From an uncultured Acidobacteriota bacterium (lineage in GTDB: Bacteria; Acidobacteriota; Polarisedimenticolia; J045), in contig CAVPCQ010000021.1 of the NCBI GenBank assembly GCA_963702425.1, positions 32,001 to 96,000 of the forward strand: a stretch of 64,000 bases of DNA, written 5' to 3'. Under the pieces are notes generated by a model. That model was given only the letters and a program-made list of their open reading frames with translations. It was not told the origin of the DNA and searched no databases. Positions 36,394-47,500 of this stretch are shown piece by piece. The position numbers were made by a program, and so were the translations under genes. Each line of letters starts with the position of its first letter. Within the stretch, counting starts at the first letter, position 1.

Positions 36394-37266
36394 TCAGCGC
36401 CCCCGCCCCACCGGCACCTCGCCCAGCAGCCGCCCGACGACCGTCAGGTCCTCCTCGCCGAGCCCGTTCGCGACCGCGAGGCCGTACAGCTCCTTGACCG
36501 CCGCGGCGGTCGGGACCGGCACGCCGACCGCGAACGCGAGCTGCTCGAGGTAGTGCAGGTCCTTGTGAATCGCCGCCGCGCTGAACCGCGGCGTGGTGTC
36601 CTGCGCGAGCAGCGCCGCCTTCTTCGCGGCCAGCACGGCCGAGCGGCCGGCCGCCTCCTCGAGGATCTCCAGCACCTGCTCGCGCGGCAGCCCGGCCCGC
36701 GTCCCGACCGCCAGCGCCTCGCACAGCGCCGCGACCAGCGCGCCCAGCACCAGGTTGTTGACGAGCTTCATCCGCGTCGCGAGCGTCGGGGCGCCCAGGA
36801 AGAAGATCCGGTCACCGAGCAGGTCGAGCACTTCCTTCGCCTCGTCGAAGGCGTCGCGGGGGCCGCTGACCACGATCTTGAGCGTGCCCTCGGCGGCCGG
36901 CCCCACGCTGCCCATGACCGGCGCCTCGAGGTAGAACGCTCCGCGCGAGGCCAGGAGCTTGCCGAACCGCTCGGCCGCCTCGACGCTGTTGGTCGTCGTG
37001 TCGATGACGATCTTCCCCTCGCAGTCGCCCGTCAGCAGCCCGCCCTCGCCGAGCAGGACCTGCTCGACGGCGCGGCTGTCGAACAGGCTGAGCACGGCGA
37101 TCGGGACGTCGCGGATCAGTCCCGCGGGGCTGTCGGCGATCGTGGCGGAGAGGTCGAGGGCCTTCTCCTCGGTGCGGTTCCAGACGACGAGTTCGACGCC
37201 CGACGAGGTGAGGCGCTGCGTCATGGCACGGCCCATGCGGCCGAGCCCGATCAGTCCCAGGTTCAT
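36394..37266 (-). CDS. NAD(P)-dependent oxidoreductase, 3-hydroxyisobutyrate/6PGD family
   Basis: GLIGLGRMG, VWNRT, EAPVMGS, MKLVNN, KDL. Confidence 0.9.
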   Translation of the reverse strand: MNLGLIGLGRMGRAMTQRLTSSGVELVVWNRTEEKALDLSATIADSPAGLIRDVPIAVLSLFDSRAVEQVLLGEGGLLTGDCEGKIVIDTTTNSVEAAERFGKLLASRGAFYLEAPVMGSVGPAAEGTLKIVVSGPRDAFDEAKEVLDLLGDRIFFLGAPTLATRMKLVNNLVLGALVAALCEALAVGTRAGLPREQVLEILEEAAGRSAVLAAKKAALLAQDTTPRFSAAAIHKDLHYLEQLAFAVGVPVPTAAAVKELYGLAVANGLGEEDLTVVGRLLGEVPVGRGR

Positions 37267-37380
37267 GGTGTGTCTCCCGGAGGGTTGGAGATTCTTCAAC
37301 CTGCCGGGCCGGCGCGCAAAGAAAACGGGCGGTATGTCGAGGTTCGCACGAACTTACCGGTGTTCTAGGCGGCAGAACGC

Positions 37381-37459
37381 CTGGAGGGGCTGCCCTCTGT
37401 GGCGGCCCGAACGCGGGATTCCGTTCTGTTGGGGCCGGCACGGAGGCCGGCCCCAACAG
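37381..37459. repeat. REP-like inverted doublet (REPIN-like)
   Basis: GGAGGGGCTGCCCTCTGTGGCGGCCC and, on the other strand, GTTGGGGCCGGCCTCCGTGCCGGCCC; each unit is internally palindromic. Confidence 0.55.
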
Positions 37460-37478
37460 GGTCCGTGGAGCGGCGATA

Positions 37479-38604
37479 TCACAGCACGTGGATGTTCTTC
37501 TTCTCGCAGATGTCCTTGAGCTGCTTCGGCCAGACCGTGACGCTCACCTCGCCCAGGTGCGCCTTGTTGAGCAGCAGCATCGTGGTCCGCGACTGGCCGA
37601 TCCCGCCGCCGATCGAGAGCGGGATCTGGTCGTTCGTGATCGCCTGGTGGTAGGGCAGGTCGAGGAAGTGCATCTGCCCCGACGCCTTGAGCTGCTGGAC
37701 CAGCGAGTCCTTGGTCACGCGGATCCCCATCGACGACAGCTCGTGGCGCCGCTTGGTGATCGGGTTCCAGACCAGGATGTCGCCGTTCAGCCCGTGCATC
37801 TGCTTGCCGTTCTTGACGACCGACGGCGTGATCCAGTCGTCGTAGTCCGCGGCGCGCATCTCGTGCGGGTAGCCGTCGTCCAGCACGTACCCGATGCCGA
37901 CGATGAAGACCGCGGGGAACTTCTGCAGGATCTGCGTCTCGCGCTGCTTGCGCGGCAGGTCCGGGAACATCTGCAGGATCTCCTCGGCGTGCAGGAAGGT
38001 CAGCTCGTCGGGGAGTTCCGGGTAGCGCGGGTCCTTGAGCTTGGGGAACATGTCGTGGATGAAGACCTCGGCCCCCTTGATCACCTTCCAGATCCGCTTG
38101 ACGGTGTCCTTGAGGTAGTCGAGGTTGCGGTCGACGAGCGGTGATCCGCTTCTCCCAGTCCCACTGGTCGACGTACGCGCTGTGGTCGTGGTCCAGGAAG
38201 TAGTCCTTGCGGACCGCGCGCATGTCGGTGTTGATCCCCTCGCCGACGTCGCAGCCGAACTGCTTGAGCGCGATCCGCTTCCACTTGGTCGCCGCCTGGA
38301 CGACCTGGCACTCCATGCGCTTTTCCAGCCCCAGCCCGCACGGGAACTCGATCGGCGTGCGCGAGCCGTCGCGGTCGAGGTAGTCGTTGACGCCGCTCTC
38401 CTTGGTCACGATCAGCGGCACCTCGACCGTGAAGAGGTTCAGCTCCCGGTTGAGGCCGTCCTCGATGTAGCGCTTCAGGTGAAACAGCGCGAGCTGCGTC
38501 TCCTTCGGCGTCAGGGACGAGCGGTAGTCGGTCGGGAGGATCTGATCGACCGCTTCGTACGTGGAAATGCCGGGCCCAGCGAGATCAGCCGTCTTGTCCG
38601 CCAT
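37479..38604 (-). CDS. asnA: Aspartate-ammonia ligase (asparagine synthetase A); frameshift near 38140
   Basis: SGVNDYL, VVQAATKWKR, DMRAVRKD, HSAYVDQWDWEK, HEMRAADYDDW, LNGDIL, ELSSMGIRV, SIGGGIGQSR, HLGEV. Confidence 0.92.
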
Positions 38605-38887
38605 ACATGAACTCCTCGGAGGTGGTGGGAGCAGGGCAGGGAACCCGCGCGGTCGCGCGCCGCACGGGGCGCACGGGTGCCGCTCGGGGGTGGGGGACGT
38701 CGGATTGTCCGCCCGGTACGCCGCGAAAGTCAACGGTAAGTCAGCGCCGCTCCGGGGGATGGCAGCGCCGTGGGGAACGGGGCAAGATGCGCTCCGGGAG
38801 GGAGCGTCGTGCGCCGGGCGCGCGCCGCGCCAAGCCCCTGACCCCTCGGTCCTTGGACGCCGCCCCGCGCGGCCACGGTGCCCGCTG

Positions 38888-40307
38888 ATGCGACCCCGCT
38901 TCCCGTTCGCGTATCCGTCGCCCGGAGAGGGCCCCTCCCTCCCCGCCCCGGTCCTGGCGCGCTCCCTCGGCAAGCCGGCCGCCGAGTGGACCGCCGACGA
39001 CCTGGTCGGACTGGTCCGGGACGAGGGGATCCGGATCGTCAGCCTGATGCACGTCGGCGGCGACGGCTGGCTCAAGACGCTCGACTTCACGCCGCTCAGC
39101 GAGTCCCACCTGCGCGACGTGCTGGAGGGGGGCGAGCGGGCCGACGGCTCGTCGATCTTCCCCGGCTTCGGGATCGAGCGCGGGGCCTCGGACATCGCGC
39201 TGCGGCCGCGGATCGCGACCGCTTTCCTGGACCCCTTCGCGCCGCAGCCGACGCTGGCGCTGCTGGCCGGGACACTACGGGCGCGACGGCCGGCCGCTGC
39301 CCCAATCCCCGGACGCGATCCTGCGCGCCGCGTACCAGCGGCTGGCGCGCGAGGCGGGGGTCGACCTCTGGGCGCTGGGCGAGGTCGAGTACTTCCTCGG
39401 CAAGCGCAGCGAGGAGAGCGACATCTACGGCGCCGACGATCGCGGCTACCACGCCGCCTCGCCGTTCGTCTTCGGCGAGGCGCTGCGGCGCGAGGCGCTG
39501 GCGACGCTCGCCGGGATGGGCGTGCCGATCAAGTACGGCCACGCCGAGGTGGGCTACATCGAGGCCTCAGAGGTCGACGACACGATCTGGGAGCAGCACG
39601 AGATCGAACTGGCGCTGACGCCGCTGCCGGAGGCCGCGGACGCGGTCGCGCTCACGCAGTGGGTGCTGCGCAACCTGGCCCACGAGAGCGACATGCGCTG
39701 CAGCTTCCAGCCGATCATGCGCAAGGGGCACGCCGGGTCGGGGCTGCACTTCCACTTCTCGCCGCGCGTCGGCGGCGTGCACGCCGGCGGCCGCGGCGCG
39801 GACGGCGAGCTGACCGAGTCCAGCCGCTGGCTGATCGCCGGCCTCGTCCAGTGCGGCGGGGCGCTGATGGCGTTCGGCAACCGCGTCGAAGGCTCGTTCG
39901 TGCGCCTCACGCAGGGCAAGGAAGCACCGACGTCGGTGACCTGGGGCGAGTTCGACCGCCAGGCCCTGGTCCGGCTACCGGTCGTCCCGACGGCGGCCGA
40001 CGGCCGGAAGGTGAGCCCGCCGACGATCGAGTTCCGCCTCCCCGACGGGTCGGCTCACCCGCACCTGCTGCTGGCCGGCGTTGCGCAGGCGACGCTGCTC
40101 GGCCGCGCCACGCCCGGGCTCGACGAGCTGCTGGAGCGGACGTCGGCACGCGCGCGGCGCGAGGGGCGCGGCGCGGCAGCGGAGTTCCCGAAGAGCGCCG
40201 CGCAGGTCGGGAAGGCGCTCGTCGAGCACCGCGCCGCGCTCGAAGCCGGTGCTGTCTTCCCCTCCCCGATGCTCGACGGGTTCGTGGCGCAGCTGGCGAA
40301 GGGCTAG
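38888..40307 (+). CDS. glnA: Glutamine synthetase type I family protein; frameshift near 39275
   Basis: DGSSIFPG, GEVEYF, HAEVG, QHEIEL, HAGSGLHFH, RL..GKEAP, IEFRLPD. Confidence 0.8.
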
Positions 40308-41106
40308 ACCCGCCGCAGCACGACCTGCCACCAGCGCACCCGCACCGTCTCGTCGGGCGCCACCGCCGCCGTCGCCGCGCGAACCCACGCCGCCCGGTCC
40401 GTGCCCGAAACCGCCGGATACATCCGGCCTCCGATCGCCGGCACCGCGAGCAGATCCGCGAGTTCCTGCTGCGCGGCCGCCACCTCGATCCACTCCTCGT
40501 GGATCGGTTCGAGCCCCGCCTCGCGCGCGGCGCGCAGGACCTCGGCGCGCGCGCGCACCGGCCCGCCAGGCTCGGGCGGCGTGCCGAAGCGGGCCAGCCC
40601 CTCGCGCGCCAGCGCCAGTTGGAGCGGCGCCGGAGGCAGGTCGGCCTCGCCCGCGAGCTGAGCAGCCGGGGCGTTGAAAGCGAAGCGCCCACCCGGCACC
40701 AGCACCCGCGCCAGCTCCGCGAACGCCGGACCGAGCGCCGGGAAATGCCACATCGCGGCGCTGCAGGTGCCGCCACGGATGGCCTCGGCAGCGAGCGGCA
40801 GCGCCGCCGGGTCGGCGCGCACGAACGAGGCCTCGGAGAAGGGCAGCGCGCGGCGCGCGACCTCGAGCATCGCGCGCGAACGGTCGGCGCCGACGATCGC
40901 CGCCGCCGGCCCGAGCCGGGCGAAAAGGCGCTCGGCAACGATCCCACTGCCGGTCGCGAGGTCGAGCCAGAGGCCGCCTCCTTCCGGCGCGAGCGCGTCC
41001 ACCAGCCTCGCGGCGAGCGCGCGGTACAGCTCCCCTCGTGCACCGCCTCGGCGTAGGCCTCGGCCCCGGAGGGATCCTCCCAGCTGTCGGGCCCGGCGGC
41101 GTTCAC
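40304..41106 (-). CDS. Class I SAM-dependent methyltransferase; frameshift near 41030
   Basis: WLDLATGSG, GADRSRAML, LARVLVPGGRF; GTG start overlapping the upstream stop. Confidence 0.8.
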
Positions 41107-42278
41107 GACCGCAGCGCTCCGCGGACGAGACGCTCCAGCGCGTCGGCGGCGAGCGCCAGGGCGCCGGGATCGAGATTCTCGGCGCGGTCGCGCGCGGTGT
41201 GAATCGCGCGCACCGCCCGCGAGAACGAGCCGGTCATCAGCGTCACCACGGGAAGTCCGGCCCGCGCGAGCGGCCAGGCATCGGACATCGCGGCCGGGAG
41301 TGCGCCGATCCGCCGGCCGCGCGCGCCGGCCGCACCGACCGCCTCGAGCACCAGCGCTGCGGCGCCGCGCGGCCCCTGGACACCGAGGCTCCCGGGCGCG
41401 CCGAGCGCCTCGAGGTTGATCACCAGCGCGGTCCCCTTGCACCACGCCTCGCCCCGCTCGCGCACCAGGTGCCGCGCGCCGGCCATCAACAGTTCCTCGG
41501 CGCCGGTGAAAACGACGACCAGCTCGCCGCCCGGCTCCGGCGCCCGCGTGACGCGACGCGCCACCTCGAGCGCGACCGCCAGCGACCCCGCGTTGTCGAG
41601 ACCGCCGGGTGAGCGATTCCCGACCCCGTTGAGCCCGAAGGCCGCGGCCGCCACGCCGCCCGCCGCGATCGTCGCGGTGAGCGCGACGGACACGCCGCCG
41701 GCCGGGCCGCCAGCCGGGCCGACCCCGGCGGCGCGCAGCAACGCCTCGGCCGCGAACGCCGCGATTCCCGCGAGCGTGACGGCCAGCAGCAGCGCCCGCC
41801 CGCCGAAGCCGATCGTCTGCGACTTGCTGTCGTGGTGCGCGACGACGACGACGCGCCGTCCGCCGCTCTCCCCCGCGAAGCCGAGGAGGTTCGTGGTGGC
41901 GATCTCTCCCTTCCCGGCGATGAAGAACCCCTCGTCCCAGGCCAGCGCGACCACGACCGCGGCGGTCCCGCAGATCAGCAGCAGCAGGCGCGTCACGTAC
42001 TGGCCGGCGCTGGTCTCGCCCCCGATGCCGAGCACGTGCAGCACGAGCGTCGCGGCGATCACCAGGAAGCCGAGCCGGAAGCGGGCCAGCGGCCGGCGCG
42101 GGTTGCAACTGAACGGCGACTCGCGCACCACGAGCCCGGCCTCGCGCAGCGCGCCGGTCAGCAGCTCCCGCACCCGCGCGTCGCCTTCCGAGCCGGCGAT
42201 GCGCGGGAACGCGAGGCGCTGCGCGTCGGCCGCCAGGCGCGCGCCTGAGGCCGCACGATCCGCTGGGGACTCTGCCAC
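41103..42278 (-). CDS. Membrane-embedded M28 family peptidase
   Basis: VAHHDSK, GGLDNAGS, TGAEE, INLE, SDA, IHTARD; TM insertions. Confidence 0.85.
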   Translation of the reverse strand: MAESPADRAASGARLAADAQRLAFPRIAGSEGDARVRELLTGALREAGLVVRESPFSCNPRRPLARFRLGFLVIAATLVLHVLGIGGETSAGQYVTRLLLLICGTAAVVVALAWDEGFFIAGKGEIATTNLLGFAGESGGRRVVVVAHHDSKSQTIGFGGRALLLAVTLAGIAAFAAEALLRAAGVGPAGGPAGGVSVALTATIAAGGVAAAAFGLNGVGNRSPGGLDNAGSLAVALEVARRVTRAPEPGGELVVVFTGAEELLMAGARHLVRERGEAWCKGTALVINLEALGAPGSLGVQGPRGAAALVLEAVGAAGARGRRIGALPAAMSDAWPLARAGLPVVTLMTGSFSRAVRAIHTARDRAENLDPGALALAADALERLVRGALRS

Positions 42279-42336
42279 GAGCGGAGTCTAGCGTGACGCG
42301 GGGGCGCCGCCTATCTTCCCTCCGGGGAGCACCGCG

Positions 42337-43224
42337 GTGGACCAACCGATCCTGCTCATGCCCGACGCGGCACCGGCCGCCGGCTCCGCGCTTCGCGATC
42401 GCCTGGAGCGGGAGCTGAGCGAAGGGCGCCTCTCGCTGCCGGTGATGCCGGAGGTGGCCGTGCGGGTCCGCCGCGACGCCGCGGACCCACGGACCGGAGC
42501 GAGCGCGATCGCCGCGGTCGTCTCCACCGATCCCGGCCTCTCGGCGCGCATCCTGCGACTCTCCAACTCCGCGCTCTACGGCGGGCTCTCTCCGGTGCGC
42601 GACCTGGCGCAGTCGATCGCACGGCTCGGCCCGCGGATGGTCCTGACCGTGGTGCTGGCGGCGGCGCGGCGCGACGCGTTCCGCTCCGACGATCCGGGCC
42701 TTGACGCGCTGCTGGAGGACGCCTGGATGGCGGCACTCCACGGCGCGGCCGCCGGCCGGCTGCTGGCGCCGCGGCTCGCGCTCGACGCGGAAGAAGGGTT
42801 CCTCGCGGGCCTGCTGCTCCCCTCCGGGATCCCCGTCCTGGCGGAATGCGTGTCGCGCCTCGCGCGCGAAGGTGCGATCGGCCGGCCCTCCGCGGCGGCG
42901 CTGCGCGAGGCCCTGCACGCGCTCTCGCCGGCTGCCGGGGCCGCCCTGCTGGCGCGCTGGGAGATGCCACCCGTCGTGCGCGACGCGACGGCGTATCAGT
43001 TGACTCCTGACGCAGCGCCGGTCCCTGCGCGACCGGCCGCCTGGCTCGGTGCGGCGCTCGCGGCTGCGGGTCCCGGCCTGGCCGCCGGAGAGCCGCTCGA
43101 TACCCTAGCCGCGTGGGTCGCAGGCGCGCTGCGAGACGGGCCGGTGCGGTGGAGTGACGACGAGCTGAGCGCGCTCCTCGAGCGCGCCGCGGACGACGCG
43201 CGCACGCTCGTTGCCTGCTTGTAG
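42337..43224 (+). CDS. Stand-alone HDOD domain protein
   Basis: LPVMPEVA, DPGLSARILRLSNSALY, FLAGLL, LLARWEMP. Confidence 0.85.
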   Translation: MDQPILLMPDAAPAAGSALRDRLERELSEGRLSLPVMPEVAVRVRRDAADPRTGASAIAAVVSTDPGLSARILRLSNSALYGGLSPVRDLAQSIARLGPRMVLTVVLAAARRDAFRSDDPGLDALLEDAWMAALHGAAAGRLLAPRLALDAEEGFLAGLLLPSGIPVLAECVSRLAREGAIGRPSAAALREALHALSPAAGAALLARWEMPPVVRDATAYQLTPDAAPVPARPAAWLGAALAAAGPGLAAGEPLDTLAAWVAGALRDGPVRWSDDELSALLERAADDARTLVACL

Positions 43225-43251
43225 GTCCCCCGGCCGGACGGGCCGCCTGTC

Positions 43252-43848
43252 TCAGAACAGCCGCCGCAGCGCTTCCTCCAGCGGCTCGGCCCCCTCGAAC
43301 AGGATCGCCCGCATACCCGCGTCGCGCGCGGCGTCGATGTTGGTAGCGCGGTCGTCCACGAACAGCACCGCGGAGGCTTCGATCCCGATCCGCAGCAGCG
43401 CCTGGCGGAAGTAGTCGGGTGAGGGCTTCCGAGCCCGCAGCAGGTAGCTGGGGTGATGCCCGCTGGCGAAACGGTCGAGCAGGAAACGCGCGCGCAGCTC
43501 CTCGTACCAGCAGGGGTAGTTCGACAGGACGTGAATCGGAACCCGCGTGGCGATCCGGATCGACAGGCGCTCCATCCCCGGGACCCAGGCGTAGCGCCGG
43601 TGCAGTTCGCGCTTGTAGCGCTCGATGTCGAAGCCGCCAGCGGACGCAGGCAGAAACCGCTGGGCGTACGTTCGCTCGTCAATCCTGCCAAGTTCGAAGT
43701 CGTGCCACGCCGCCTCGTTGCGCAGCGGCTCGAGCGCTTCGAGCGTCATTCCGGTCGTGACGACGAGCGCTTCGCGGTACGGATCGACGACGAGGGTGTC
43801 CATCAGGTCGAGGGCCAGCAGACGGATCGCGGGGCGGTTGGGGGGCAC
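43252..43848 (-). CDS. HAD family hydrolase
   Basis: LDLMDTL, LSN, RKP, FVDDRATN. Confidence 0.85.
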   Translation of the reverse strand: MPPNRPAIRLLALDLMDTLVVDPYREALVVTTGMTLEALEPLRNEAAWHDFELGRIDERTYAQRFLPASAGGFDIERYKRELHRRYAWVPGMERLSIRIATRVPIHVLSNYPCWYEELRARFLLDRFASGHHPSYLLRARKPSPDYFRQALLRIGIEASAVLFVDDRATNIDAARDAGMRAILFEGAEPLEEALRRLF

Positions 43849-43907
43849 GGGAGGCTCGCTTCGGCCGGGAGTTTCACGATGGACCGGATCGGGAGCAAAC
43901 TCCAGCG

Positions 43908-44384
43908 GTGGGCGTGGAACCTCCGCGGTTCGTCGTCGACGCGATGCTCGGCCGTCTGGCGCGATGGCTGCGCCTGCTCGGCTGCGACGCCCTGTACGAC
44001 CCTTCCGCGGACGACCGGGAGCTGGCGCGGTGCGCGGCCGCCAGCGGGCGGATCGTCCTGACCCGTGACCGCGGGCTCCTGGCCCGGCGGCTCGTGACCC
44101 GCGGCGTGCTGATCCGGGACGACCACCTCGCCGGCCAGCTGCGGCAGGTCGCGGCCGAGTGCGGCCTCGCGCTCGATCCCGCAGCTTGTTTCACCCGCTG
44201 CCTGGCCTGCAACGCCCAGACGCGCGACGTCTCCCGGGCCGAGGTCGCGGGGCGGGTCCCTCCCTTCGTTCTCCGGAGCCACGAGCGATTCCGGGCCTGC
44301 CCCGGCTGCGCTCGCGTCTACTGGGCCGGGTCCCACCGCGAGTTCGCCCTGCGCCTGCTGTCCCGCCTGCTGGAACCGTCCTAG
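43908..44384 (+). CDS. Mut7-C RNase (PIN) domain protein with Zn ribbon
   Basis: FVVDAMLGRLARWLRLLG.D, LTRD, RCLACN, CPGCARVYWAGSH. Confidence 0.9.
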   Translation: MGVEPPRFVVDAMLGRLARWLRLLGCDALYDPSADDRELARCAAASGRIVLTRDRGLLARRLVTRGVLIRDDHLAGQLRQVAAECGLALDPAACFTRCLACNAQTRDVSRAEVAGRVPPFVLRSHERFRACPGCARVYWAGSHREFALRLLSRLLEPS

Positions 44385-44501
44385 GGCGCGCCAGGAGGGC
44401 CGCTGGCAGGCTGTCCCACCCCGGCCCGACTCTGGGGTGCGCTGGCCGCCGAGCCGGACTCCGGCCCGTGGGCTGCGGGCCGCGCAGCTCCGCCGAACGG
44501 C

Positions 44502-44534
44502 AAAAAAAGAGGGGCAGCCTCGCGGCTGCCCCTC
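44502..44534 (-). terminator. Rho-independent terminator of the large surface-protein gene
   Basis: On the minus strand GAGGGGCAGCC-GCGA-GGCTGCCCCTC followed by TTTTTTT. Confidence 0.85.
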
Positions 44535-44577
44535 GGAGTGGGCGCCCCCCGGCGTCAGCCGGGGGAGGAACCGTCGC

Positions 44578-47500
44578 TTACGGCTTGATCTTCTTCGCGC
44601 CGGAGACGACGGTGTTGTAGTTGTTGCGGGCCTCGATCTTGTAGCTGTAGCTCGTGCCAGTGACCACGTCGTCGTCGACGTAGTCCGTCACGGCACCATC
44701 CACCGCGAAGATCGAGACGAACGGCCCGCCCTTGGTTGAGCGCAGGATCGAGTACGAGCGAGCGAGGCCACCGCTCGGAGCGCTCCACTCGATCAGGACG
44801 CCGCAGAACGAGCTCTTCTCGTCGCAGATGTACTCGAGGAGTTCGATTCCCGGCTTGCCGGTGAGCTTCGGGTCGACCGTGACACTGGAGTTCAGGCTCG
44901 CCGCCGGCGAGGCGATGTTGCCATTGCTCTTGTTGACGGCCCTCACCTGGTAGTCGTAGTTGTTGCCGGCTTTGAGGCCGGTCAGCGTGCACGTCATCGT
45001 GCTGATGCCCCGGTTGGCCTTGAGGTTCTTGACCACCTTCCAGGCACCGCCATTGACCGACTGCTCGATCACGAAGCCGGTCTCGTTCGTCGCGTTGTCC
45101 TGGAAGGTCAGGGTGACCTTGCCCTTCGGGAACAGCTCGGCGCTGAGATCCGACGGCGGGGTCGGCTGGTTGGCGACGGAAATCGAGAACTTGTCGAAGG
45201 CGGTAGCGGTACCGCCGTCGGGGTTCACGACTTCCAGCCCGATGAACCGCGGGAAGGCGTTCTCGTCGACGTTGACGCAGACCACGATCCGGGTCGGGTC
45301 GATGAAGCCGCCGCCCGGACGGACGTAGATCATCGAGCCACCCTCGCAGAACTGGACCTCACCCTCGCCCTCGTAGTCCAGGAAGACCTGGGCGCCCGGC
45401 TGGAACCCCGAACCGGTGATGGTCACGTTGACGTTCTGCATCCCGGCGCCGACGGTCGACGGGTCGACCCGGATGATCTTCGGCGCCGCGACGTTGGTGA
45501 TCGAGTTCTGGAAGGTGAAAACCGAGCAGCTCGGGATAGGGGTAGGGGGATCGGTGACGACGGGGGGCGGGGCCGTGACGACGAGGCTGTACGTACCCGG
45601 CACGGACACGTTGGTGGAAACCAGCGTCGTCGTGATCTGGCTCTCGCTCACGACGGTGGTGCTGTTGGGCTGGATGAAGACGCCGCCCTCGGTCGGAGTG
45701 ATCGAGACCGTGGTCCCGGGTACGAAGTTCGAACCCGTGATCGTGATCGCCTGCGAGGTGCCCTGGGCGATCGTGGCGTCGGAGATGCCGGACACGGTCG
45801 GGACTGCGGCGACGATGACCGCGTTGGGGAGCGTCGCGCTCGAGCCGTCCGGCAGCGGGTTGGTGATCGTCAGGGCGTGCGAGCCGATCGAGTTGACGCC
45901 GTCGGTGATGCTGACGTCGATGCTCAGCTCGGTCGGGGAGACAACGCGGACCGCGCGGGTCTGGACTGCAGGCCCGAAGCTCACGTTCGCGGGACCCAGG
46001 TTCGGGAGGAAGTTCGTGCCGAAGACCTGCAGGTTGTCGAGAACCTGGCCCTGGCAAACGATCGGCGGGCCCGCACCGGCAACGAAGTCGGTGATCGTGG
46101 TCCCGGCGAAGATCGCGAAGTTGTCCTGGCAGGAGAGGATCGCGCCGGTGCTCGGGTTCCGGAGGATGACGTCCCAGTTCTCGCCGAGCAGGTTGTAGTT
46201 GAAGCCCGCGAAGGGCGGCGGGGTCAGGATCCCGGTGATGCTGTTCACCTGGTCCGTCTCGTCCGAGATGGAGAGTTCGTAAATGGCGTTGCCGTTGGCG
46301 ACCGCCATCTGCGTGAAGCCCTCGAACCCCTTGCCGGTGATCGTGATGGCCGTCGGAGGACCGCCCAGGACGACCTGGTCCGGAGTCACCGTCTCGCAGA
46401 AGATCTCCGGCTTGACGGTGATCGTGATCTCGCCGCGGGCCGTCGGGCCATCGGCGCAGTCGGTGCCGCTCGGCGTCGTCACGACGACGACGTACGGTCC
46501 CGGAGGCGTGTTGGCGTCGATCACGAGCTCGGCCTTGAGGTGGCCGCTGTCGATGAAGATCGTGTTGTTGACCGTGATCGCGGATCCCTTGTCGAATCCG
46601 ATCGTGACGCTCGATCCCGGCGTGAAGTTCGTGCCGTAGATGTCGATCGTCGTCACGAGCTGGCCCTGGGTCAGGGACGGCTGCTGGATCTGGCTGGGCT
46701 GGATGCCGCTGACTGTCGGGGCCGGAACGACCACGAACTTCGTCGCCAGCGTGCAACTCTGGTTGAGACCGCAGGTCTCGCCGTTGCTGACCGTGACGGT
46801 GTAGGAACCGGCGGCCGCCTCGGCGGAAACCGAGACGAGCAGGACCATCCGGTTGCCGGAGTTCCCGTCGGTCGGGCCGATCGGGAGGTCGTCGCGGTAG
46901 ACCACCTTCTCCAGGACCGTGACGCCAGGGCCGAAGTCGACGGTGGTGCCGAAGCCGAAGTTGCTGCCGGTGATCTCGACCTGGAACGGTTCCTCACCGG
47001 GCACCCCGAACAGGCAGTTGGACCCGACGCGGACCGCGCCGCCGCAGGTGGGCGTCGCGACCACGACGATCAGCGGAGAGGTCGGGGCAAGTGGCGCACC
47101 TGCCGGCCAGACCACCGGAGGGGCGATCGTGGTCACGATCTCGAGGTAGTAGAGCTGGCCCGCGCGCTGCGTGGGCGGAACGTTGAAGTAGGCCACGAGC
47201 TGGCGGTCGCTGAGGACGGTCCAGGACGTGGCGAGCAGGTCCTCGGACGGGTCGACCGTGCTCTTCAGCGTGATGCTGAGAACGGCCGAAGTCGGGAAGA
47301 CCGGCAGATCGACGGCGAAGCCGTTGCCGTTGACCTTGACCTCGGCCGGCTGGCCCTGCAGCAGGGCGATCGAGCCGAGGCAGTTGTTGCCGAACACGCT
47401 GTCCACCGAGGGCGGTGGCGGATCGACGTAGACGCCGAGCTCCTCGGCGTAGGCCTCGGCGGTCCGGTCGGTCGGAGCCTGCGTGGGCCAGACGTAGCTG

